In this document: positions 51,425 to 64,000 of the stretch, one piece after another | Layout: each line of letters starts with the position of its first letter | How positions within the stretch are numbered: position 1 is the first letter of the stretch | Source: Octopus bimaculoides | Lineage: Eukaryota | DNA length: 64,000 bases | Assembly: GCF_001194135.2 (NCBI RefSeq) | Contig: NC_068987.1 | Span: 4,524,879 to 4,588,878, forward strand | Direction: 5' to 3' | Translations under genes and position numbers: made by a program | Notes under the pieces: generated by a model | What the model was told of the DNA's origin: nothing | The model's database searches: none | What the model saw: only the letters and a program-made list of their open reading frames with translations

Positions 51425-54268
51425 TGGTAAGTTCAATACAAACCTTCCTTACTAACAAAAAACCTCTGGCCCACATTTGTTGAGGAGGCCAGCAAGTGTG
51501 TTACTATTGTTGATATTATTTGATCCCAGATCAACACTGATTATGCAAACCCATCAGGAAAGGCATGCAAGCCTTCAACATTCCTCTCCCTAATATCTTT
51601 TTTGTAATGCATCCTTTCGCTCTTTTTTTTTAAGGTAATATAGTTTGACTTGAGTGAGATTTGGCTGCTATTTCTAGCAGGTACAGCAACCATAGACTGG
51701 TGTAGGTTTTATAAGTGTTTGCATCCTCAATTTGAAGGAGGAAGGAAAGAAGAAAAGAATTGTATTGATCTTCATTCATGCAGTTAATGTAAGCATTAGT
51801 ACTGACCATTTCCATCTGCGTTCTTTTGCCAATTGTAGAAAATTCTAAAACCCACCGTTTTAGATTTAATTAACCAATTTAGGAACATTCTATAGACACT
51901 AGATGAAGATGTCTTTTATATTTTGTTCAAATCTGGATTCTAAGTTTCAAAGATCTGAGTAAAAAATTAATGTTTCTGATTAGAATTTTTTTAAATTATA
52001 TTTTATTTTCAAAAGGTATTTTTACTGTTTTATATATTCAATTCTTAGTTTTTTTTTTCTATATTCAGAGGAATAGAAAATTTTCTTCTTGTTGTTGTTG
52101 TTGGATATCCTTCCTATCACTGATCACCCAACAATAAAGTTGGACCCATTTTGTCACCCAGACATCTTAGGTTGGTTTATGGAATGGGTCTGCTATAGTT
52201 AAAACAAGTAGTTATTTATTTTGCTTAAGGGAGCAATATCAGAAACTATAAAATTATTTGGAAGATACTAGAATACACTAAACCTTATAATAAAGATAAC
52301 CAAGGTTGTGATCTTTGTATTGCAGAAAAAAATAGTTACATATAAATTCTATCTTGAATATCCATTCAGAGCTCATATTTTTGTCACCAAAAATCAAAAT
52401 ATTAGTTGAAGTATTTCAAAATGCCTAATGATTGGACACCAGACAGTCTTGAAAATTTTCTTTTGTTAACTTTTATTTCTCATTCAATATTTTTGTTAAC
52501 ATAACTCAGAACTTTTTGTTGGAATAGATAAGACTGCCTTGCATTATGTTTCATATATATCTGTGGTGGTGGATTTCATCTAAGCATGCTGGCAATGAAT
52601 ACATGTAACTGATAATACCTGACGAGGCAGAAATGCATCTAATTTTCTCATTTGCCATTCCATCTCCCACAGATATATATGTAATGTTTTCAGACACAGT
52701 GTGCCCATAGGAGATACTTTCTCTGGATGAATACTGCAGTAAACTTTGCCTATCACAATGTAGCTTTTCTTGCATGTAATTATATATATATATATATTCT
52801 AGTTTTACTTATATCTATAAAGCAATCAGATTTCGTAGGATTATGAAAAAACAAAGGAGGGTAATCTGGTTTTATGTTGTGGGACTGGAAGTTCGTTGTT
52901 GATTTGGCACAAGTTGTGCAACCCTATTTGAGGTGACTTAAGATTAAAAGAGATCCAGTTTAATACAACAGGAGAAACCCATGTTTGCCAAATGTTTGCT
53001 TACATTAATCTTCTCTGACTAAATTGGTTTGTTAACTGCGACCATACCATCCCTACTGCAGAGCATGTTGTTCTAACATTCGAACATCAACCCAAGTGAT
53101 TTCCCCCACCTTTTTAATCATGGTAGAGAAATTTAATATTTAAATTGAATAGATCAAATAATAGTTCTGTTTTGCATATTAATGAGTCGATCATTTGCAT
53201 TCTCCTTCATTATGAATTTTATATAAAAATAAAAATCAAACTGGAAAACTATAATGAAGACACACCAAACATCTCCATTAACATATCTATAAATACATAA
53301 ATGTTAACAGGATTTTTTCTACACAGTGTTGCCAACATTGAGGAGAGTACTAAACAGACAGGTGTGTGTATGTGTGTAGACAGTAGTTCTCATCCAGAGT
53401 CCATATGACCCTTAGGGGTTACAATTTATGTGCAATAGATTGGACATACTTCTACTTGGCCAAAAATATTTTAAGAATTGTCTTATAAAATTCTGAGTAA
53501 TATCTGGTTTAAAAAATATAATAAGGTCATTTAGACAGGGAATAGCTGTGAGGGGTCATTCTGAGTAAAACAAGAACAAAGAGGCTATAGATAAAAAAAA
53601 ATGATTGAGAAACGATTGCGTAGCATGATGTATTAATAAATTTATATTCTTTGAAGTTTTATAAAAGTATTCATCAATGAATGGTTAATATTATTGGGTT
53701 TGAGAGAGATGGGGAGGAAGAGGGGAGGGATGGTTTGTGGTTCAAGATTTTCTCAACAGTAATAGTAACTTCAGTGAAGTGAAATTACTTCCACTAGGAA
53801 CAGAGATAAGTCCCTTGACTCAATTTCCTGGGAGCTGAGCTTTCCTCTACAACATTCACCATTAGAGAGTGAGTGTATGTGTACATGTGTATATGTGTGT
53901 GTGTGTCTGCATGTGATTGAGTGATAGAGACAGAGAATGTATGTATATATGTATGTATGTACGTATGTATGTGTGTTTATTATACACAAACACAAGGCAT
54001 CAGTCCTTCCGTGCCAACCCCCGAACCTACAAGAGTCATGAAGCAGAGGGAAAAGATCCAACATCATTCAGTCATGCAGAGAATGAATGGAAATATTTAA
54101 ATATTTAGAAAAAAAAGAGAGAGAGAGAGAGAGAGAGAACAACAACAACACATGCTGCTTGCTTTTGATGAGAGTAAACAGGAAACAGTGTGACCAGAAC
54201 AAAATACAGTGAAAACAACATAGTGTGTCTGCAGCAGCCAGAGGGGCTGAACAGATATATGGCAGTAC

Positions 54269-54364
54269 CTTGAGTAGTTTCTTCTTCTCTGGAGACAGGC
54301 CACCCAAACCCTTTCGTTTGCCCTTCTTTTTCTTCTCTTCCTCCTCTAGCCTTCGCCGGGCAGC
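54269..54364 (-). CDS. TnI: Troponin I exon, N-terminal basic region; 32 aa
   Basis: ctctctgcccag|GCT ... AAG|gtactg, phase 0/0. AARRRLEEEEKKKKGKRKGLGGLSPEKKKLLK matches the molluscan TnI KGLGGLSPEKKK motif (invertebrate xxPERKKKL). Upstream start exon not identified. Confidence 0.93.
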
Positions 54365-55010
54365 CTGGGCAGAGAGGTTCTTATGTTACACTTAGTAGAC
54401 AGGTTCACGTTAACAGCGGATCTACTACATTCTGGGTCCCATTAAAGGGATGGGGCAAGAGACCAGACCGGACTGGGCTGGGATGGACTGGGCTGGGCAA
54501 AGCAGAGTAGAGATGGCAAGGGGGAGAGGCAGTACAGTGAGGCCAGTTACAGAAGATTGATGATTGGCAAAACAAAAATGGATATATAAATAAAAAAAAG
54601 TGAAAGGGGGGACGAATCATTAATATTTCTACAAAAATTATTGAATGGTATTCAATAGTTTCATGTATGTTGCTCATCAGTTTAAAACTTGATGAAGCCA
54701 TTTTGTCAGGGAAATAATTTATACAATAATCATAACATTTTTTTATGTATTTTTCACTTATAGTTTATGTATGTGTGTGTGTGCATGCATGTGTGTGCGT
54801 GTGTGTGTGTGATTGAGTGATTGATTATGAAAATACTTTGAAAATTATTTACAGCAAAAAAAAAAATGAAGAAATAGGTAAATAAAAATAAATTTATCTG
54901 GGAAAGAATCCATATTAATTAAACATGTGATTATTATTATTATTACTATTGAATTTCCCTTTCGTCCTGTCCCCAACATTTTCAGCCCTTCTAGCAAATA
55001 GAAGATATTA

Positions 55011-55059
<49 letters not shown>

Positions 55060-55363
55060 GGATGATTATGGAGACATTCCTTCTAAGATGTCAACAGTTT
55101 TTCCCCAGTCACGGAGAAACCGTTGACATGCATCAGCAGCTCACCAACCTCACAAACAGCTGTGGAGAAAAAACAGTCATCTAGAATGGTAAATTGGTAA
55201 GAACGGAGAGATTTAAAAGATGCTTTGAGTATTTTTCCAATAAAAGTCAACATTCTGGAAATTCTCTTTGTACTTTATTAAGTAAAGGGAATTGCAAAAG
55301 TTGATCAGATGGGACAAAATGCAAAACGAACAGTGAAACACTTTCATGATGATAATAATGATG

Positions 55364-55427
<64 letters not shown>

Positions 55428-55610
55428 TGGTTTCAAATTTTAGCACAAGGCCAGTAACTTAAATATAGGTGGATATGTCAATCACATCAGTCCCACTGTT
55501 CAAATAGTGCTTATTTTATCGACCCCTAAGGTCGATCTCAGTGGAATTTGAGCTCAGAACATCAAGAGCACTTAAAGAAATGCTACTAATGATTCTACCA
55601 GCTTGCCACC

Positions 55611-55655
<45 letters not shown>

Positions 55656-58600
55656 TTTATTATATTAATGAATATTTGTTTTGTGGTATTGAATTTTTTT
55701 TCTGTTGGTGGTTTTTTTTTTATAGATTAATTAATTAATTTTTTTTCTTTTTTTTAATGTCATAGAATTTAATGTAGGCAATATGCCGTCACACTGGTTC
55801 CAGTAATTTAGCCAAAAATTTGCTACAAAAATCAAACAAAAAAAAAATATAAAAGAACTATCTATCATATTACTTGCTACATAGAAAGATTTCACTAAAC
55901 TTGGAAAAAGTGGTGGGGAAAAAAACATTGGATAAAAGAAAGAAAAAAAATTTAAAAACAAATTATATTAAAAAATAATTAAAATTAAAAATGTAATTTC
56001 ACGGCATCATTCAAAGGTTATATCATTGAGTCTGTGAGAATTGTTTAGATAACTTCAGCCAAATGTCATATCAGCCATTCCTTCATTTGAAAACCCAGCA
56101 TGCAGAGCATAGAATACTTTCACACATAGATCTACAGCACAGTTTCCTAATTGGTTTTAACTTATTTTTGGTTCAAACACATTTTTGCTTTGTTTTTATT
56201 ATTACTTTTTTTTTTTTTTTACTTTGAACTTTAAAAGTGGAAGAAAGAATCTAAGAATTTATTCAAAAGAGCCATTTATCCCAAAATAGAATNNNNNNNN
56301 NNNNNNNNNNNNNNNNNNNNNNNNNNNNNNNNNNNNNNNNNNNNNNNNNNNNNNNNNNNNNNNNNNNNNNNNNNNNNNNNNNNNNNNNNNNNNNNNNNNN
56401 NNNNNNNNNNNNNNNNNNNNNNNNNNNNNNNNNNNNNNNNNNNNNNNNNNNNNNNNNNNNNNNNNNNNNNNNNNNNNNNNNNNNNNNNNNNNNNNNNNNN
56501 NNNNNNNNNNNNNNNNNNNNNNNNNNNNNNNNNNNNNNNNNNNNNNNNNNNNNNNNNNNNNNNNNNNNNNNNNNNNNNNNNNNNNNNNNNNNNNNNNNNN
56601 NNNNNNNNNATATATATATATATATATATATACATACATATATATATGTGCGTGTGTGTGAGAGAGAGAGAGCGAGAGATAGAGAGAAAATAAAGAGAAG
56701 AATAAAGAGCCAAAGGATTTAGCTTGAGGTATTTTGTTTCGTATTTTGTTTAAATATAAAATTCTTTGATATATCTGAAATTAGGAGTTAACAAATCAAG
56801 ATCAGAAAATTTCTTTTCTGTCATTGTTGAAGGAGTGTATGTCATTTCATTTATTTCTCTTACTTTATGAATTATGAAAAATAAGTTTTTTTTTAAATAC
56901 TTCTATATTTACAAATATAATATCTGTAATACTAAAAAATATATTTTACACTTCTTTTTTTTTTTCACTCTAAATTTTTAAATGTCAAGTTATTTGGTTC
57001 CACCATTTCAATATCATTCCATAAAAGAAAACTATTATTGAATATCAGATTAATAGAAAATGTGGAAGGGAATGGAGACTAAGAAGATGAGGATAAATAA
57101 ATAGATCGTTATTACATAATTGAGAAACTGGAAAACAATCAGTATGAGATCAGTGATGGAGTTGAAAAATCTCACAGATAGATAAGATAAAATAGGATGG
57201 ACAGAGTTGTTGTTTGCACCGTTCATAGCACTAGTAAAAGAGTGAAAAAGGTGCTTGGCATATCAAAATGGATCACAGAGCATCAGAAAGTTTATGCACC
57301 ATGCTGGAGCTTGGTTTCAAGATACAAGTTTCTATTGTTTATATAAAGTAGTGGTCAGGACATAATCTTACTCTCTCTTATACTTGCTAGTTAATCCCAA
57401 ATGCTAGTTAATCCCCAAATGCACTTAATCTTTCTCATTGCTTTTAGTCTCAACCTTTCAAGGAGCATTACCATTTAGACCACAGACTCCCCATTTTTTC
57501 CAGCACACTTTACACCAAATAAAGATATGAAAATGCTTCAAATGCATTTATGCTTTTATTCTTTTATACATTTCAGTCCTAAGGCTGTGGCCATGCTGGA
57601 GCACTGCCAGTGGAAATTATCTGTCAGATTTCTAGATATTTAAAATATGGAAAATTTATAAGTAAGTCTTTAATCAACTAATGGAGTTATCAAGACTTTA
57701 CCATTTTTCTTTAACATGTTTCAGCCATTAAACTGTAGCCATGCTGGGGCACTTCCTCAAGGGTTTAGTTGAACAAATCAATCTCTAATACTTATTTTTT
57801 AAGCCTGGTACTGATTATATCAGTCTTTTTTGCCATCTGCTAAGTTACAGGCACACAAACAAACCAAAACCAATAGCCAAGTAGTGGAGGAGACAAACAC
57901 AAAGATACACACAGACACACGGACACACACACATATCAGGGACTGCCACACAGTTTCCATCTACCAAATTCACTCAAGGCATTGGTCAACCCAGGGCTAC
58001 AGTAGAAGACATTTCTCAAAGTTCCGTACAGTGGGGTAGAAACTGAAACCAGCATCTGGACCAGATTGCCGTTGTACGGCTTCTTCCCCCTTTCTCCCAG
58101 TTTTAGAAGATTGCTTCTGTAACTAACACACACACACACATACAAAACCACACACACATAAACAGCTCTATAGAACTTCAACACCATGTTGTTTAATTGT
58201 CCATCTAAGTACCCACAGTAAATTATTTCTATTAGTCAACATCTTATAAAGTTTCACTAAATGATATTTCATGTAGTCTCTGACAATAAGTCACTCCCCA
58301 AAAGGGGTTGTATTATTATTATTAATCCTGATACCAGTTGCCCTTGATGATGAACCAGGGCAGACATGGGTCTACATTTAATTTTAATAAACTTCTATCT
58401 GCTCCTTTCAGTAGTTTTCTCCTAGTAATGACACTGTTCTGGCCACCCCTTACAAAACAGTTAGAAAAGTATTTCTATTGATGCGTTCAATTCAGTTACT
58501 GATAAAGATGACAAGAAATTGTACAATCAGTTCTTCCTCATCAATATTCATATATCTTTACTTTTGCAAAAGGAAGATAATGATATCAATGAGGAGATCG

Positions 58601-60232
58601 TATACATCATTGCATCTGGCCTTATTATGCATTCATGAATTAACCATATTTTCATCTTCGCTAATCTAACATCACACTTTGCTTTTACTAACAGAACAAG
58701 ATATATTTCTAGTCTTTATTTACTTTTAACGAATTAATCTTCTAGTATTTTAACATATTTTTAAACATGATAACTTCCATACAAATAAGGCCTGTGTAAC
58801 ACATGGTCTACTGAGATTACTTTATATCCCAGAATCATAAAATAATTCTTATTTATGAATTAAGCAACAGCTCATAAAAATAAATGAAGAAGATGTATAT
58901 GTATATATAGGATATGTCTTCAATTACTGGATAGGAGCACACATTCTCTTAAAGAAAGATGAGAGGAAAGATAGGCTAAACTGGAATATGTCTGGTGAGA
59001 GAAAATGGAGAAAATATGGAGTGGAACTTCAAGTTGAAAGTTGATGTGTGTAAGATAAAATAGATTGAAAATAGCAATATTATGTGAGTTAAAAAGATTC
59101 TTTCTCTTTTCCTCTTCAAACAACAGGATTATGAGTGGGTGGGACATTAATACTTCGTATAAGGAAGGCAAAACAAATATTTGGGTTCCTATCAGAACCA
59201 AAAACACTAGATAGTATCTATGAATTTGTAGAAATTTGCTCTCACACAAAGAAACGAGGAAAACGGTTGATATATGTGAGATACCATTTATTTCTGAGAA
59301 GATAAATATCAAAGCAATTACGTGTCATGGCAAGCTTGTGTGAAACAAGCTAGTGAGGCAGATAGTTATAGAAGAATAAATATTGGAAGGTGATTTCTTG
59401 GAAAAGAACTTCAAAACAGGCGCTATGAATTTACATAATTGAAATCAATGCTTTGCAATGTATAGAGAAAGTAGTCAAAGAATAATACTATAAAATGAAG
59501 ACCATTCTCAAAGAGTAAATGGAAAGTTTACAAGAATGTCTAAAGACTCTGAGCTATTATTAGAAAGTAGTTCTTTATTACTGTAGCAATACAAAGAGTG
59601 TGAATAGCTTAGATATAAGACATTTGTAGATGAATAACAGAAAGGAATGATAATGTGGAGAGACGAGTTATAGATGCCATACAGCCATCAATAATCTTTG
59701 AGGAATTTCCTAAACAGTGAGATTTAAATGAATTCTATGGTTTACGAACAAAATTATTATAATGTAAGCACTGGCCAAATAACAAATTAATACTTAACTA
59801 TGTTGGTCAGTTTGTAATATTTAATTTAACTAATTAATTAGCATGGCTGAGTTAATTCAATATTGTAGTTTTGAAGTTAAGATCTAAATTATAAAACCCT
59901 TTTAAATTTCCCTTAAACCTGTTGGTGGGACTTAATAAACAAATATTCTATATTGAGTCAATATAGAATGGTCAACTTTTGGTTTTACTCCCAACTACAC
60001 AAAATGTGAGCAGATGGAGAAATTAAGTAACGTGATAATCAGCTTTACTGATGTCTATTTTATTTATTAATGATTTGATGCAGACCAAAGAATTTATCAT
60101 TAGCAATATTTTAATTACCACATCTGATGGGATAAAAGACACATGAGCATATTAGATACATCCCAATTCCAATAACGCATATGCAGGAAACAAACTTTTT
60201 AGAGTGTTACCATATGTAATATAGACCTAACT

Positions 60233-60480
60233 TTAAGGTGGTGAGCTGGCAGAATCATAAGAATGCTGAACGAAATGCTTAGCGGTATTTCATCTGTCTT
60301 TTCATTCTGAGTTCAAATTCCGCTGAGGTTGACTTTGCCTTTCATCCTTTCGGGGTTGATAAATTAAGTACTAGTTGCGTACTGGGGTTGATAAATTAAG
60401 TACTAGTTGTGTACTGGGGTCGATCTAATCAACTAACCCCCTCCCCAAAAATTTCAGTCTTTATGCCTGGAGTAGAAAAC
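60233..60480 (+). mobile_element. Family A SINE with an internal ~32-nt tandem duplication
   Basis: aaggtggtgagctggcagaa...cctttcatcctttcggggttgat; 'ataaattaagtactagttg(c/t)gtactgggg' occurs twice in tandem. Confidence 0.88.
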
Positions 60481-62427
60481 AATATAAGCCTAATTTTGCA
60501 TATAGGACCCAGGGTGAATTTTTGAGGCATTTTTTTTCGTTTTTTGAAGAAAATGTGTCTTATATGCCATCAAATATGGTAATAAAAATCAATTGGTACT
60601 TGTTTAGTAAAGTTATTTAACCTCTTCAGAAAGAACATTATAACTGATCTGCTGTGATATTCTATCATATGAGGAATCATTAAGAAAGTGTGGTGAATTT
60701 AGTGAAGATAGTCTCTAGAGTTCTTGCAATCATCAGGCTACCATCAATTAAAGTTAATAAAATGGGTTTTGGTCTTGCATCCCCAACTCCCTTGAAATCT
60801 ACCATGTTGTACCCACTTCTTTAATTCTCATCTCCCTACCATATATATATATATATATATATATATACCCTGATGTACCATTATATACAATACTTCGATT
60901 TTAGTCACCGCTGTTCTGGATGAACACTCTTCAGTTTCCAGGTATTCTCACGACACAATAACCTTTGCCTCTCAAAGTTTGGCCTTAAATACATCAGTCT
61001 CACCTCATCTTCCGATCTGAGAGGGCTACCACAGGGTCTGAGCAGTGCCTTTCTGCTTCAATCAATAATGACTTAGGAAAATAAAAGAACAGTTCTAGTC
61101 ACACTTTGTATATACCATTTCGATGCAATGTTAAGAAGACATGTCTCAAAAAGGCACACCAAGAAATCCAGATAACAGCAAAAAAAAAAAGAAAAAGGCA
61201 ACAAAAACGGTAAAAGAGTATGAAAAAGGAATAAAGGAAAAGAGAATAAAGATAATTAGAGACAAAATTTGAACTACACTAAATTAGTTGTTTGAAATCA
61301 GTGAGAAAAAGAGAGAGAAAGAGGGGAGAGGAGAGAGGAGGATGTTAAGACAAACCTAAAGCTGAACAATACTTCTATTACAAAGTTAGATCTAAATCAA
61401 CAAATAAGTAAATGCAACAATAAGTTTTCTATGTCATTCTATCATTCGATAATGCAATTGAAGCTACTAAACTCGTTGCCACACGCACAGACAGACACCT
61501 GATACACATCGACTCACAATCGTTGGATAAATAAAAGAAAAACATGCAGTTCTATCTACTAAGACACACTGGAAGATCATTACTCACAATTCAAAATGTT
61601 TTTTTAAAAAAAAGGTCAAAGCAGAAAGGAGAGATTGCTTCACCAAGTTAATAAATATTATGAAATGCTATTTTTTTTTTAAAATACAAAATAAAATATT
61701 AACAGCTTATAGTGCAATTGAGATGGCCGAGACAGCAAAAAAAAACAGTGGGTTGAATGCTTTACTACATCTAATTTAGCAACTTTACTACTCAGAGTTT
61801 GCAACTGCCAAGATTACTTTCCATTCCATTTTAGCCAATATATTGAGAGATGATCAATGTGAACTCCATCAAAGCTGAGACTACTCTTGGTTGAGTTATA
61901 TCACCATTCCATTTTCCTTTCCCTAAACTTAATTAGGGATAGTTATCTGTGAACGAATACCTCTGATTATAAAATATTCAAAGAATTCGCCATCAAGTTT
62001 CATCCAGTCACTTCAACACATTCTCTAAAAGAAGAAGGACTTGGGTTGAACCAAAATATTTCAAAGTCCACACTTTGGCACAAATATATTTCTTCTTATA
62101 CTTTATTTCCAAAACTGGAAAATTCACCACCTTTTTTATATATTTCCAACAGGAATGGTTCTGTCATTTTTACAGCCAGTTATTTTTTTACTTAATTCTG
62201 CTTACTTGACCAGGAAACATTGGAACTGATTAGAAACACAAAATGGATCAACATAGTTCTTCCTTGTAAAAAATTCCACCCCCAATGAACTAGTAACAGC
62301 ACCAGAGTTGTTACTTTTGAGATCTGAATTATCCAGCATTATTGTTATTTGGTGGATTGGAATAATACTGAGATGGCTTGGAATCGGGATTGCCAACCAT
62401 ATTTTATATTTGGAGTCTAACTAAAGG

Positions 62428-62460
<33 letters not shown>

Positions 62461-64000
62461 GTTGGCATGGGTTGGATGGCTTGGCAGGAACTTGCAAGCC
62501 CAGGGGCCACACCAGGTTCCATTGTCTGTTTTGGTTTGGTTTCTATGGCTGGATGCCTTTCCTACATTACAGAGTGTACTGAGTGCTTCTTACATGGTGC
62601 CAGCATGGTTGCTTTTTATGTGAAAATGTCAGATTCAAATAATAAACTTTGATGGATGCAGGTAGAACGCCCCTTCATTTGGCTTGTAGGTAAATGTTGA
62701 AGCTTCCATGAAGCTGCCTGCTCAGTCTTGGCGTCACTTTTGTGAACTGATATCATGAATAAGTTTGAACAAGTCTCTCTTCACTGACAATAATAATGCT
62801 CCAAGTAAGACATGAAGACCACAACTTATTGTTCACCCTTCATTTTAAAACAATTATTAAAATTTTTGCAGACGTAAGAAACCAATAATTGCTTGTTTCC
62901 TTGTTAAATATTTATTAATATCAGTGTGAAAAGGCAAAAGAAAAAAAAATACAAAGAAATTGACTATAAAAGTAAATCTACAAAAAATATATTCATGTGA
63001 CAACAAATATCTTGATAAATAATTAAATAATAAGGCAAACAACAAGAGAATATTCCAGAACAAATAAGAAAAATGATTGAACAAGAAGAAATATAAATTA
63101 ACAACGGTTACAACTATTACCATTTTAAGATTTAGAATTTAAATGGGATTAGAGATGAAAGACTATAAATATATATAGTGAGAGAGAGAGCTAAAGATGT
63201 AAAGGAAGAGGGTGTAAGGTAGAAACCTAAGAAAGGAAGAAGAAGAATGAAGAAGAAGAGAAGAAGTGAATAATTCAAAGAATCTTCTATAATATCTTAT
63301 TTGACTCTGATGAATGCAAATACAGCAGAACCATGATCAAAACATTCCAACCACGACCATCCTGTCTGTTCAGGGATTTCTACAACTAAATTATCTAATA
63401 TATTCTTTTCTTTTTTTTATTTTAAGGTGTTAGGATGTAATTTGAGGGCAATTTGGATGCTTGTTCCAGTTGGTTGAGTGATGATGTAGAGGCTCCCTTC
63501 TTAGTTCGTTGATATGTATTATTTTCTGGTGCCTGTGTTACAGACGTGTTTAGGAAGGAGACCCAAAATTCCCTCAACATACCCCTGCACTTAACTGTAG
63601 GATATCAAACTCCACCTGTGTCACATATTGCTACAGCTTCATACATTGGAGGAAAACTGATAGCTTACTCTTTTAGGGGTTTGTTTCTATTTCTTCCCCC
63701 ATTAAGGCTAAACCTTAAAAGATAAAAACATTTTTTTTTCTTTTGGTATCAGAAAATATTTTTAAAAATATAAACATCCAACATGGCACAGTTTTCGGTT
63801 ATCAACCAACAAGAGAGAGGAAGTTTGAAAGGTGTTGTAAGCAGGGGGGAATGAAGCTACCACTGAAAGCCTCTCCTTTATTTTCAAGCATTTTTCCAAA
63901 GAAAAACTTCCCCCTCCCCTGGTCAGCTGTCACTACCATCACCCTGCTATCACACTGTCATAGATAGTATTGGAGAGGAAAGAGCTGTTCGCAACAACAT

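Noticed and set aside
52615-52650. CTGACGA-ggca-GAAAT-gcatc (also partial cores at about 4208, 21073, 45508, 63307)
   Set aside because: Stem I and stem II pairing absent.

Overview
AT-rich, microsatellite- and SINE-dense animal genomic scaffold with several N gaps. The repeat families point to a cephalopod, most likely Octopus (inference). Two convergent intron-containing genes can be rebuilt from splice signals. (1) A + strand tetraspanin (6-Cys large loop, TSPAN1/18-like) with 7 coding exons at 4843-13988; the TM1 exon was not found and is probably upstream. (2) A - strand troponin I with 7 core exons at 54364->28214; its N-terminus was not found. Troponin I also carries a frame-incompatible extra exon (43831-43987) homologous to the core exon at 39130-39250, which looks like a mutually exclusive or alternative-promoter exon. 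The most unexpected signals are two type I hammerhead ribozyme folds on the - strand: an intact minimal one at 10393-10432 in a Penelope-like palindrome, and a G12A-mutated long-stem-II one at 19842-19933. Most long ORFs in the track are microsatellite or N-gap artefacts. The rest is tRNA-type SINEs, RTE-type 3' tails, decayed CR1/LINE, mariner and piggyBac-like fragments, and a TTAA MITE. All homology calls come from motif recognition and recalled family sequences, not database searches.
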